Shown here: piece by piece, positions 1 through 12,170 of the stretch
Layout: each line of letters opens with the position of its first letter
Position numbering within the stretch: position 1 is the stretch's first letter
Assembly (NCBI RefSeq): GCF_001194135.2
Contig: NC_068981.1
Span: 119,988,386 to 120,052,385, forward strand
Reading direction: 5' to 3'
DNA length: 64,000 nucleotides
DNA from: Octopus bimaculoides
Taxonomy: Eukaryota
The notes under the pieces: generated by a model
Told to the model about the DNA's origin: nothing
What the model saw: only the letters and a program-made list of their open reading frames with translations
Databases searched by the model: none
Translations under genes and position numbers: made by a program

Positions 1-1
1 T

Positions 2-454
2 CTGAAGGAGTCCAAACTCAACATTAAGATTGTTGAAAAGCCAGGGAACTCCATCAGATCACAACTATGTAGGACATACCCCTTTGAGAATACCATATGT
101 ACCAATGATAACTGCATGGTATGTAGGATTAGCCCTGGCATTAACTGCAAAAATAGAAATGTAGTTTACAGCATAAAATGCATGGAAGGTGCTTGTAAAG
201 ACCTGAATATGACATACATAGGTGAAACATCTAGGAGCATTGCGGAACGGCTAAACGAACATATGAGACAATATGACGACAAAAAACAGTCCTCTATACT
301 CTACCAACATGCCAAAGACCAGCATGGAGGTAACTTGGGTCAACTTGACATCCACATCTTATCCAAGCACCCAAAAGACCCAACTCTAACACAAATACAG
401 GAGTACGTCCTTATGAATGAAACTTCCCCAATACTAAATAGGAAATATACATAG
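2..454 (+). mobile_element. Penelope-like retroelement, C-terminal Zn-linker plus GIY-YIG endonuclease (5' part outside window), Neptune-like
   Basis: Frame is open from base 2: ...YPFENTICTNDNCMVC...VVYSIKC...TYIGETSRSIAERLNEH...ILNRK. GIY-YIG motifs are preceded by a Cx4CxxC linker. Confidence 0.85.
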
Positions 455-514
455 ATATCATACCCCCATACCCACATTTTACACAGGTAAAGTAGAACAG
501 TTGATGGGCTTTTA

Positions 515-895
515 TGCAGATGTATGTATGTCTGTGAGTGTGGGTGTATGTATGTGTGTGTGTGTGTGTGCATGCACATGTATGCATATGTAAACCAACA
601 GGTCTACATACAGACGGGTAGGTACATAGGGTATATGAACAGACAACTACATATGCAAATAGAGACTGAAACACGTGACCACATATACACACACTTGTCC
701 ACACATATGAAGATGTGCATACATACAAACATGGTACATAGCAGCAAAACACACACACACACACACTCAGACATACACACACAAAGAGACAGAGGTACAT
801 ACATACATATACACACATGCACACACATACATAAAAAAAAACACACAAACACAGGAATATGCAGAATACATACATGCAAACACACACACACATGC
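515..895. repeat. Degenerate (TG)n/(CA)n/(CATA)n microsatellite tract
   Basis: Visible dinucleotide and tetranucleotide repeats; source of several spurious ORFs. Confidence 0.9.
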
Positions 896-1591
896 GCAAA
901 AACAGAACGCAGCGTAAATAACAGACAGAGTCAAGACTATTGAAAAGGTTGCAAGACGCAACGAAAAGTTTGGGAAACTAAAAATAAGAAATAAGTGGAA
1001 ATTTTACCGGTGAGTGTGTTAAATTTTAAGGCACAATAAGAAAATGACTCTCCCCAGACACAACAGAATATGCTTCAACACACGAAATCACATAAAAAAT
1101 CTTGCAATCCAAAAACGAAATATATATATATATATATATAGTGTCAAACTGTTTTCCCCTGAAAACAACTTCTTATAGAAATTAAAAGGACCTTTCTCAG
1201 TTTTACAATTCTTATCACTAATAAAAATCCACTTAAATATCTCTTTGGAAAGCTTACACCCACAAACAATACTCTTAAGAAGCAATGGAAATTTTTAAGC
1301 ATCACATGGCTTGCTCTCCTATCTTTGTGCTATCTTCAAACCGTTATGCCCTGTAAGCAGTACTTCTTCACTGCCTGCCTTTGTCTCTCAACTCTAACCT
1401 GAACTCCTTTGATACACCACTGATACACAACCATTGAATGTAGAACATCATTGGTTACTTAAGTTGAATGAGGTAGTCCAGACAACATTCTTGTCGTTGT
1501 TCTTGGGCTGTGCTCCTGGGTTGATCTTCAGTCTTACCAAATGTGGGGCTGGAGATGTTGATAATATTTCTCATGCTTAAGAGAGGGAGTG

Positions 1592-1810
1592 AAGGCACAT
1601 GACCTAGCAGTTGGAGTGTTGCACTTATGATTGCAAGACCATGTTTTTGATTCACAGACCAGGTGGTGCATTGTGCTTTTGAGAAAAACACTTTAATTTC
1701 ACATTGCTCTAGTCCATTCAACTGTAAATTAGTAACTCTGCAACAGACTTTGTGTTCCGTTCAGGTGGAATGTTTTACTTGGTCACTTATACGTCATAGA
1801 AACTGGGTAA
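1592..1810 (+). mobile_element. tRNA-derived SINE, family C (degenerate)
   Basis: Head gaaggcacatgacctagcagttggagtg and body gagaaaaacactttaatttcacattgctctagtcc match the copies at 30327 and 19205. Confidence 0.6.
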
Positions 1811-1882
1811 TTCCAAGCAATGATAAACAGTAGTTAAGAAAGAAAAGAGAGGAAATCTTTCAGATCCTGATGTTGATTGACC

Positions 1883-2100
1883 TAACCCTTTAGCATTCAG
1901 ATAATTCCGTTAAATGCAATGTTTATTTATTCAAATTGGTTTGAATTAATCATTCATTATCTTGCTACTTGTAGATTTCAATGATGTGATAGTATATTCT
2001 TAGAATGACATTGTATAGTAGTTGTAAGAGACTGAATTTGGTCAGTTTGAACATTATACATGTAGAATATTTGGGCCTGGAATGGCCAGCTAAACAGTTA
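1883..2100. mobile_element. piggyBac-like MITE (family of about 220 bp)
   Basis: Starts taaccctttagcattcag; same body as 14941, 20145 (reverse) and 29291; family ends are (T)TAA-CCCTTTAGCATT...AATGCTAAAGGG-TTAA. Confidence 0.7.
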
Positions 2101-2524
2101 AGTAATTATAAATTTTGTCCTTAAATGTCTTTCTGCTTTCAGTGACCATAATAGGCACGGCTTCAGCAGAGCCAAATTCAATTCAGACCTTTTTGGTTTT
2201 CTGCTCTTGAAAACTTTGACTACAAAGTTGTCTCTTTCTTTGCTTATGTTCACCCAATAACTTCCTTTTAATATCTTTTAAGTAAGTTAAAAAGAAAATT
2301 CTTTATGAAATTAGCAGTAAGTTCAGAGTGAAAATGGGCTAAAACACCATAAATTATCTTAAATTTATTGAGCTTGACTGCTTGACTTGCTTTTTCTAAT
2401 GTCAAATATAATGTTTTTTTTCCCATCAACTCTTTGAGTCATCTACTGTATTGCTGACCAAACAACCAGGTTTGTGAACTCTTAAAATAATTGCTTTCAT
2501 TTTCATATGTCTAAGTTGTCGGTT

Positions 2525-2532
<8 letters not shown>

Positions 2533-2582
<50 letters not shown>
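2533..2582. repeat. (CT)n microsatellite
   Basis: Perfect CT run of about 25 units. Confidence 0.95.
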
Positions 2583-2586
<4 letters not shown>

Positions 2587-2719
2587 GTTTAAAATTAGAT
2601 CTTTTCATACCCAAGAAAACCTTTATCATATTGTTAGAAATAAGTTTCTGGTTACAAATTCTTAGATTTAGTTTATTATTGGTTTAAACAGTTCTGTTTC
2701 TGACCATGTTGTTCTAGAG

Positions 2720-3049
2720 CATTGGTTCTCAACAATGGCTCATATGACCCCAAGCTGTCCATACAAGCAAAATAGTAAGTTGAGGATTCACAGTATATTA
2801 AGGGTCCGTGAAAAAGTTTTGGTTTAGATGTGTTTATTGCAAGAAGCAGTTAGGGTTCTTTCCCAAACATTTTACAAAGTTCAGTCTAGACAAGTGAATG
2901 TGTGATAAACAAAATAGGGATTTTGAAAGATGCATCTATCTATAAAACTAGTTTTTAAACATCGAATGTCTATTGGGTGGAGAGGGGTCTGCCAGAATGA
3001 AATAGTAATCAATGGGGTTTATAGGTAAAAAAATGTTTGGGAACCACTG
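2720..3049. mobile_element. hAT (Charlie-like) MITE
   Basis: TIRs cattggttctcaa / ttgggaaccactg; left flank ttctagag fits the Charlie NTCTAGAN target; related copy at 32016. Confidence 0.7.
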
Positions 3050-3388
3050 ATCAAGATGCATTCTGCCATCCACAATCCACATTAGTAAGTAGAAAATTCA
3101 TTGAAGACAAGTGATTATTGGTGAGTGTGTGTTCCAGAACCAGCCAAAATATTTCAATATAAACAGGGTGGTACATCTCTGAACTTTATCCTTTTTCTCC
3201 TGACACTTGCTCATAACTCTCTACAGTAGTCTACATTCAAATTAACAGGTTTGTCATGCAAAATTACTCCGAATAATGAAGAAAAACATACTGATTGCAT
3301 CAGTGCTTATCTGTGGCTGTTTCTAGGCCAGTTCTTCCCTGTGAGATGTAGAGGTTTAATCACACAGCCATGACTGCACATCATCGTC

Positions 3389-3560
3389 ATTATCATCATC
3401 ATCATTTAATGCCCATTTTCCATGCTAGCATGGGTTGAATGGTTCAATCTTTGTCAGTAGTTGGAAAGCAAGAGGACTGTATCAAGCTCCAATAACTACT
3501 TTGACATGGTTTCTATAGCTGGATGCTCTTCCTAATGTCAACTACTCTACAGTGTGTAAT
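3389..3560 (-). mobile_element. RTE LINE 3' tail fragment
   Basis: (CAT)n-atttaatgcccattttccatgctagcatgggttg matches the 3' end of the RTE at 60547. Confidence 0.7.
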
Positions 3561-4600
3561 TTTCCTTTTCATCTTGCCAGGTGTGTAAATTGCTAATACA
3601 ATAGTTCAAACATTGTTATCTCATTAGGGTGGGCACAAACCTTATACCAAAGTATCTCTTTATCATCATACCAAGACACATAGTAAAAGAAAAAGATACA
3701 CTAATATTTAAATGGTTCATGGATGAATATCTCTAACAAATTCCAGATTAACCACCTACCCACCAATATATATCTGCAAATAATAAGTCGCTACTCAAAT
3801 GTGCTATGGTGCCCAAAGAATGACTCATATGAAACACCTTTAAATGTCTTTTCCGGGTGGTGCTATTAAGTTAGACACGGCCTGGACCAATGCTGGCTGA
3901 AACTTATCTAAGTATACGTAAACTGTGCCAGCACTAATATTAAATCAATCTGAAGTTAATTTGACACTAGTTTCTTGCTCCTCTACTAGAATTTTTGCTA
4001 AAGAATCCTTGGGAGTTTCCTGAGTTTTTTTTAGTCAACCAGGTTTTTTTCATCAGTTACAAACTTTCTTCTACCTTTGAATTCCCTAATATTCTGTCAT
4101 AGTTAGTATTCTTACTTAATCCAGGATTAGCTATAATAACCATGAGTATTCTAGTTGTGACCATCCAATCATTTTTGTATATATATATATATATATTTAG
4201 GACTACATTGTCCAATGCATCCTTATAATTTTTAGGAAAATTTGGCTGCTATTTCTGGCAGGTAGAGCAACTGCAGAATGACTTTGTTATTGAGTAATAT
4301 ATTTTGCAGTTAGATGTGATGGAGTATCTTCTCTGTATATTCAATGGAGTTTTACCTCTGTTTTGGGGGTTAAATACCAAATACTTAATGATACTTCAAT
4401 GGTCTACAATTTCCATTTAAATCTGTAAAAATCATTTGTTTAAAGTAAAATACATTAAATCATCTACATTTAACAGACTTTTTCTATTATAAAAATAGTG
4501 TCAGGATATTATGTCCAGTGTTAAGTTCAGGTACTTATCGAATAAACTATGTGTGTATGTATGTGTCAGTGTGTATAAATCAATAAATTATATATACATA

Positions 4601-4774
4601 TTATTTGAAAACAGTTTCGCTCAGCTTCATGCAACTTAAAATTCCGTTGACTTGTGGATCGAACCTAACTTGTCAGGCATTTGGAGATTTCCAAATGCCT
4701 GACAAGTTAGTTTTGTTCTATGAGCCTACTGTCCTTTAAATTGCATGGATCCAAGTCAAACTGTTATTAAATAA
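4601..4774. mobile_element. Foldback MITE, Tc1/mariner-type, TA TSD
   Basis: TA-ttatttgaaaacagttt...aaactgttattaaataa-TA; nested inverted repeats; perfect 21-bp central stem at 4665-4710. Confidence 0.75.
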
Positions 4775-4854
4775 TACATATAACTACAATGAAATGTGTT
4801 GAGTATCACTTTCTTTCATTTGTCCACATACTAGTGTGTGTGTGTGTGCTTGCA

Positions 4855-5212
4855 GGATTGGCTGTGTGATAAGAAGCTTGCTTCCCAACCACATGGTTCT
4901 GAGTCCAGTCCCTTGTGTGGCACCTTGGGCAAGTGTCTTCTACTATATCTCAAGCCAACCAAAAGCAGAAACTGAAAGAAGGCTATATATGTATGTATGT
5001 ATTTGTGTGTGTGTGTGTCTTCACTGCTTGACAACTGGTGCTGGTGTGTTTGCATCCCTGTAACTTAGCAGCTCAGCAAAATGAGACTGGTAGGATAAGT
5101 GCCAGGCCTAAAATAAAAAGGTAAGTACTGGGGTCAATTAATTCGACTAAAACTTCTCCAAGGTGGTGCCCCAGCATGGCCACAGTCTAATGATTGAAAC
5201 GAGTAAAAGATA
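4855..5212 (+). mobile_element. tRNA-derived SINE, family A (near full length)
   Basis: A/B-box-like head ggctgtgtgataagaagc...ggttctgagtcc, body gaaactgaaagaagg, tail gaaacgagtaaaaga; more than 12 related copies in the window. Confidence 0.85.
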
Positions 5213-6615
5213 TATATAGAAAGAGAGGGGGCGAGGCAGCGGTGTACTTCTAAATCCTCATTATGGTTTCTCATTAAATTCTCATTATGATCTAACATAT
5301 CAACCATGTTGCTCTCTTAGCCAATTATAGAATTTTTTTGTTTTTGTTTTTTGATTTTTTTTCATTCACAGGTAATTGATGCAAGGTAAGTTTTCAGCAA
5401 ATTAAAACAGCTTCACTATTTTAATTCCCAGTTGGAATTATATGATTATTACCAACATATCTGAGTTTTTTAACTCTATGTAAGAACTCATCATCTTACT
5501 GCTTAAATGTTGCTAGAAAATTGCATCTCCAAACACCAGCACCTTGATACATGGCAATGAGCTGGAGATGGAGCTAGGGTTAAGTTGTCAGGTGAAAGAA
5601 AAAGCTTGATCAAATTGTGCTGTCCCCTTCTTGAAAGTAGTAAGATCATTCCTCTCAACAACAATAAAAAAAGAAAAGTAATTAGTTTGACAGCTCTTTT
5701 TTTCATTGTTACACAGGTTTGATAGGACAACTTCAAAATGATGAGGTATCTGTAGAGACTGGGTGATCGGTTGAAAAAGATATTGAACCACCTTTTTGAT
5801 GGATTGTGAGTTCAAATCTGCAGCAGGTGTTTTGTAGTTTCTGGACAGAATACTTTATTCTACATTACCTTGTTGTTATAAATAATTATTAGATAATCTT
5901 CTGATGGGTGATCAATCCATTCCAAGATACTAATCATGAGGAAACAAAAATAATGGAGGAAGAACTGGTTTCACTTTAAAAGGACATTGAGATGAAGCTA
6001 AAGTTCAAAGAATCATACCATAATTTTTTGCTACAACCGGACATTTCTGACAGCTACCTGCACTGTGAAACAAAGTCTAGATGTACTTTATTGTCCTCTC
6101 AACATCATATTTGGTAGAGTGGGGCTTCAGTGCAGCTTCTCAGTCTCTTTCTAAGTGAAGTAAAGCAGACTGAAAATTATTGAACGCAGGGATGTGAGAC
6201 AACTTCTCAGTACCTTTCAACCTGATGTCAAGAAGCTGATATCCCTGCACAATGTAAAACTATTGCATTAAAAAATGAAAACAATGTAGTTACAGATAGG
6301 AAATTTACTCTCCCATATTGCAAAAACAGCAAAATAATGGGTTAACTGGGTTAAATTATATTTGTGAAATACAATTATGTCAAATTCACAGAAGAAAGAA
6401 GTCTGTGTTTTTGTAGTGGTAGGGTGCTGGAAATGTAGGTTGTGGGGGTGAGAAGCAGTCCAAAAAAATTTGGATACATTTGCTTTAAAATCTTTTAAAA
6501 ATGGTTATGTAAAAAAAGTAAACTAGCACCCAAATTTTTTGTTAGAATAAAGCTTCCATTTGTTTTAAAAAATTATATCCCAGTAACATTTTTCACATTT
6601 TCCTTGACCCACAGG

Positions 6616-8608
6616 ATGGCAAAAGAGCCATTTAGCTCAGTTTCCTCTTTACTTTCCCGACCTTTTGCAACAAGAAGATTTTAAAGAGAAGAATATTATC
6701 TTTCTTGGAAGAGAGACATCAAAGCCAAAGTGGGCAGTGAGGAATGTCATCGTTATTTTGATTCCAAGTATTATGAACAGTATGAGTGGATGATAGGATG
6801 TCCCATTCTGAACAAATTGTTCTGTTTTCCATGTCTGTTATTTTGTCAACATAATAACACTTGGACAACTACCGGCTACTGTGATTTGAACAATTTGACA
6901 AGACACCAAAAATCTCAAAATCATCTGAATTCCATAATTGCTCTGAAAACCTTTGGCCGACAGCAAATTGATACAACAATCGATCACTTGAAAGCAGATT
7001 CAATTCAGTTGCATAATAGATCAGTCAAGAAAAAGCGTGAAATATTGAAACGGTTAATTCATTGTATTGAAATTTTGCTTATTAAGAATTTTCATTTCAA
7101 GAATACAATCAAACAGAAGAACCAAACAATGAGGACAATTTGCTGGCTATGTGTGAAGCAGTAGCAGAATATGATAGTTGTTTAAGATTGCATCTAGATT
7201 TCAAGAGGGAAAATGCCAACTGCACATTTTCTGGACTTTCAAATAATATTCAAAACAAGATAATTAATTGTATATCTGCTACAATTGAAGATGAAATTAA
7301 GGCAATGATAAAAAAAAAAAAAAACCCCGACTACAGGCCTTCAAATGAGATCTCAATTGTCATGTGTTTTACAATTTGTTGATGAGAAAGAAAAGCCTCA
7401 AGAAAGGTTTTTAGCATATGTCAATGTCAACAAAATTAGAAGAGTTGCATCATTGACAGAAGAAGTTTGAAAATTTGGTAATAAATTCAACTGTGGCCAA
7501 AAATTTATTGCACAAGCTTATGATGGAGCGAGCGTGATGGCTGGGCATTTGAATGTCATATTTGTACATTGTTATACACATTCACTTAATTTAGTGCTCT
7601 CACAGTCAGCTTCAAATATTCATGAATGTCAAATTTTCTTCCAAACTTTAAAAGGAATTTCAACTTTTCCACCAGGTTGACAGATCAAAGAGTACTACTG
7701 GATGAAATCATTAGAAGGCAATTTCCAAAGTTACCTGAGACATGGAATTCTTCATCTTGACAAGTATCTATTTTGTCCAACAAAATTACTGAGTTTTCTG
7801 AGCTATTTTCAACTATATTAGAAAATCATGGTTTTGAAACCATATTGAGTAACTCAGTGATTCTGTTTTCAATTCTTCAAGAATATTCACTTGATTTTTG
7901 GAGGTGTATTCGTGAGATTGAAAACTTCAAAAAGCTGTTAGTTGATATCAAGAACAAGTTTGAGGAATTTTACAGACTGGTTCTGGATGGTGTCACTGAA
8001 CCACCAGAGAAGCGTTGTCAGCATCAAGAAACCGACACTGTTTTAAGGACTTTGTTTAACAGAATTTTGAGTGAAGTTATTGTTCATGTTAAGCAAAGAT
8101 TTGAAACAATGGAAGAGTTCAGGTTTGTTGAATTGTTGAATCCAAAGCCTTTTCACAATTATGAAAAAAAACTTTCTGGTGGAAGCGTTTTCATCTTTGG
8201 ATGTCTATAAAAACATATTTGATTTGAATGGATTGAAATGTGAACTGAAATCAGTTTATGCTGCAGATTTTGCAAAGCAAGTGTCAAGCATCCAAGAAAT
8301 CACAGATATGATACAGGAACTTGAACTACACCAAGCTCTGGCCAGAATAACAAAATTATTACATCTGATTCTGACCATACCTGCCACATTTGCTTCCTGT
8401 GAAAGATCATTTTATTCGTTAAAGCAAGTAAATAATCATATGAGGTATTCACAAACTGAAGGGAGATTAAATAATTCAGTCTTTAGTTCATGAATAAAGA
8501 CCTTTTGAAAAAGATGAAGTTAGAGTGTGGTACTGATACAGTTTATAGCAAAGTGATTGATGAATTTGCCAAAAAGAAATGAAAAATTGAGCTGATTTAC
8601 AAATAAAT
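6616..8608 (+). mobile_element. Decayed hAT transposase (ZnF_TTF + DUF4371 + hAT dimerisation domain)
   Basis: WMIGCPILNKLFCFPCLLF...RHQKSQNH; SNNIQNKIINCI; AQKFIAQAYDGASVMAG; LILTIPATFASCERSFYSLK...RLN. Several stops and frameshifts. Confidence 0.9.
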
Positions 8609-9659
8609 TTTAAATATCTCATTATATACAGCTTCTATTTTTTTCACAGATATCTTTTGTAACCAGTAATGGTCATCATGGCCAGTGCCAAAATTTTCTT
8701 AATGGAGAGATATCAACTCCAATGGAAAGGGTTAACAAGCCTAAAGCATGGCTTGTTGGTAGAAATGCATTTTCTCTCATTAAAATTAGTTCATATCATA
8801 TTTACAAAGGGGAGAGTGGAATAATTTTCCAGGGCAGGGGTAAGGCTCCTCTACCCCATGCTCTCTGCCTTGGTGATTGACCTCATCATTGACTGCATGC
8901 CCTGGTTTTCAAGTCACTTTTCACCACTGATGACTTGAGAGGATATATTTCAGCCGCAAAATCCCATCTTTAGAAGAAAAGAACAGCCTAAGAAAAATCC
9001 AGTTATGTAGTTTCTTTTAGTCTATTCAAATTCCCTAGCGTTTTGTAACAGCAGCAGTCACACTCCAAATGTAGGTATAATCAACATTCCATGTGTTGGT
9101 CTAAACAAATATACAAACATTATAATAATGCTGACCTACTATCAAGCTGTGTCACTTGTCTAAACCTTTTTGCACAGTCTCTGCTTTTCTGATCTTGATG
9201 GAATTCATCTCTCTTCCATCTTGAAGACACACTTCTTGCTTTCATCACTGCTCACTTAGTCATAACTTTCATACCCTTATACTAAACACCCTTCTAGTCC
9301 TTCTTCCCCACTATTTGTATCTTCCTATTAGAATTCTGTTACACGCCATTTGCCTGCAACAGTTTACACTTATCATCAACATCCCCTTCAGTCAATCTAT
9401 CACTTGTTTTATTAAGGTGAATTATGAAAAGTTGAATGCCTATAGGCAAGAATCTGAGATGTGAAAACACGGTCGATTGCTTCAACAGCTTAAGGATGAG
9501 ATGTTTAATTCTTATTAGAAACATTCTTGGTTCCAGTAAGACCCAAATTGCATTCTCTTATTTAGGCTTATTCAAGATGTCCCAAAACTGTACTTACACA
9601 AATTTATAGCCTATAACTCACTTAATACTTCTGTTTCCGGTGTAGTCATTTATAAATAT

Positions 9660-9840
9660 TTGGGTCCACTCATAGTTACCCTCCAGGTAGTTGGCCTTGA
9701 GTCATGGCAAGCAAGACATGGCACGTCAGCATCTTGTAGTAGGTGTCAGCGCCCACCATTTCTCTGGGCTTGTAAATGAGCACCTTTCTTCCGTCTGAGG
9801 CCATGACCTGGACTGGATGTTTTGTTCTGAAGGTGCACAT
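9660..9840 (-). mobile_element. maT (DD37D) mariner-type transposase fragment
   Basis: Minus-strand translation FRTKHPVQVM-ASDGRK...VGADTYYKML..HVL...PEGNYEWTQ resembles maT RTKHPASVM...NYPEGNYVWTQDGAP. Confidence 0.7.
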
Positions 9841-9989
9841 AACAAGCTCTAAGAAAGCATACTGTTACTGGAAATGCGTAGATGTTTTTGAAAAGAATTT
9901 GAAACAGATCCACCTATGAAACTAATCAGTGTCTATCTTAGACATACAGTTCACAACGAAAGGAACTGTTCAAGAGAGTTTTATTCCAA

Positions 9990-10901
9990 CATTAGACCAT
10001 ACTCTCCTGACTATAGAATAGAATTTTGTGACTGGGTCACTGATAATTATCCTTCCACCCCTTCACATTAACCTTGGCCTCAAGAAAAACTTTGTAAAAG
10101 CAATGACACACAATGGTTGTAGCTTTCAGTACCTAAAAGTAAAATTTGGTGCAGAGAAAAGTGATGCAAAACTGAAAGCAGGCATTTTCATTGGACTTGA
10201 GATCAGAGAATTGATGTCTGATAGCAAATTCAGAGGTAAACTGAATCCAGTTGAGTTGATGGCATGCGATTCCTTCGTGTTAGTTGTACAGAACTTTCTT
10301 GAAAATTATGCTGATTTAATAAACAATATGCTTACAGCATATGAAAGAATAAGATGCCGAGTGTCTCTTAAAATGCACTTCTTGCATTCTCTTCTCAATT
10401 TTTTTCCAACAAATCTTGGTTCTGTTAGTAATGTGCATGGTGAGCAGTTCAACCAGGACATATCTGAGATGGAAACAAGGTATCAAGGCCAGTTCAATCC
10501 ATACATGATGGATGACTACTGCTGGTTCCTACAACAGGACACCAATACGACACATAAGTGCAAGAGCAAGTGTCTCAAACATTTCTGAGTTGAGCATATC
10601 AAAAATAAAATGAGTATTCCCTTAACATAAATATACTATGTACCATTGTATTATAATACTATTTGCCTTGAACATAAATATACTATATACAACACTAATA
10701 TACTATTATAATAATTATTTACCTTAAACTTAACCATTCCTGATATTAATATAGTATTAATATATAATTATGCACATAACTCAAAATCCTGATGTGTTAC
10801 AGCAATTCAGATTTGGAATCGGCATACTTGATTTAGTTTGGTACAGCACTATCTGTCTGGGTAGCAGAAAATAATTTTTCTTTTTCTCCCTCCCCCCAGT
10901 G
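9990..10901 (+). mobile_element. Chapaev3-like (CMC) DNA transposon, 3' half with right end
   Basis: ORF 10028-10588: PPLHINLGL...GIFIG.EIR...SLKMHFLHS...HGEQFNQDI..ME.RYQG..MMDDYCW. Ends ...ccccccagtg followed by TAA, matching CAC..GTG termini and a TWA target. Confidence 0.75.
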
Positions 10902-10959
10902 TAATCTACATGTTATAGAAAGATATGTGAGCTTTCCAGAGATTTGCTGGTTGTCAGTG

Positions 10960-11514
10960 TTAAGCTAAACTGGACTGTTCCTTTTTGATAACATTGTGCT
11001 TGGTGATGTTTTGCTGAATTTGTTGTAAGAGTCAGTCATACCATGTGTTAGTGGAGTATTTAAGTTTTATTTATAAGAGAGAACGTTGCTCCACCATCGC
11101 TGTGATGTAAGGGCCTGTCTTAATGAAAATATTCTGAACAAATGGATGTGTTGAATTCCTCTTCCCTCCTCTCACTCTCCTGCCCTCAGCAGGTCTCATT
11201 CTAGTGAACTTACATTTATGGCGACATCTAATCATAAAGTTTATTGCTCAAAACCAGCAACAATCAATGAAATGAAAGTAGACATGTAAAGAGAAGGCAC
11301 CCAAGTGCTAATTGAAATAATTTATAATGTTTGCCATTCCATTGGCCTGTTTTGTCAGTGGTGTCATAACTCGAATGACCATCAGTTTGAAGACTTGTGA
11401 TAACTCAACATGTTTGGCCTTTTTAAAATTTGAACTATAAAACACAGATATATCTTAATAGATATACTATTAAACATTTGAAGTATGTTTACTTTTCTTT
11501 TAGACACCCTTTAC
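10960..11514 (+). mobile_element. IS630-Tc1-mariner transposase C-terminal remnant
   Basis: HHRCDVRACLNEN..NKW; HKVYCSKPATINEMK; NDHQFEDL*; end gacaccctttac resembles an ...ACACCCTGTA TIR. Confidence 0.65.
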
Positions 11515-12170
11515 ATCTTTATAAAGATTTGTTTTTATGTACAAGGAGATGGTGAGATAATAAAAATGTTATCGATATTAATTATGCACTCCACATGTAA
11601 AATGAGGAGTCTGTCAGATTAAATGCTGTTGTATATTTCTCAGTTTTGAATTCCAATGATTGTACCATTCACCTTCATGGTAAATCAATGCATGCTCCTT
11701 CACTCATTCACTCACTTATCTTGCAAATATGGCCATGTGCCAAATAAACAAATCAATTTTTACACTTACCAAAAAGAAGGTTGTTCACAACAAGAATAAT
11801 ATCAATGGGTAAATACAATTGGAATAAACAATAAATTTGATTCATATTTGGCACTGACTCCATATTTCTTCTCCTTCTTTGATGATATTTCAATATCAAT
11901 TTACTATCTGTATGAATTTTAAAATAAATATATCTATGAAGAGGTCAAACTTTATTTTGTTTGTTATTATTTGTATCATTTGTTTTTCATTTAAGTGCAT
12001 ATTCTCCTATTCCTTTACAGTAAAGGTATATTGATAGGTTGCATGAATCCTGAGGAAAAACCAATTAATTTGCAACTGATCAATTCACTACCTGTCATGT
12101 GACTTGTTGGAAATTTTGTAATAAACCCAGTTTTTACCCTACTGTTTTAATGTTCTTTTCTAACCATATA

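Noticed and set aside
340-961. Overlapping C/V/H/T-rich ORFs
   Set aside because: Translations of TG/CA microsatellites, not proteins.
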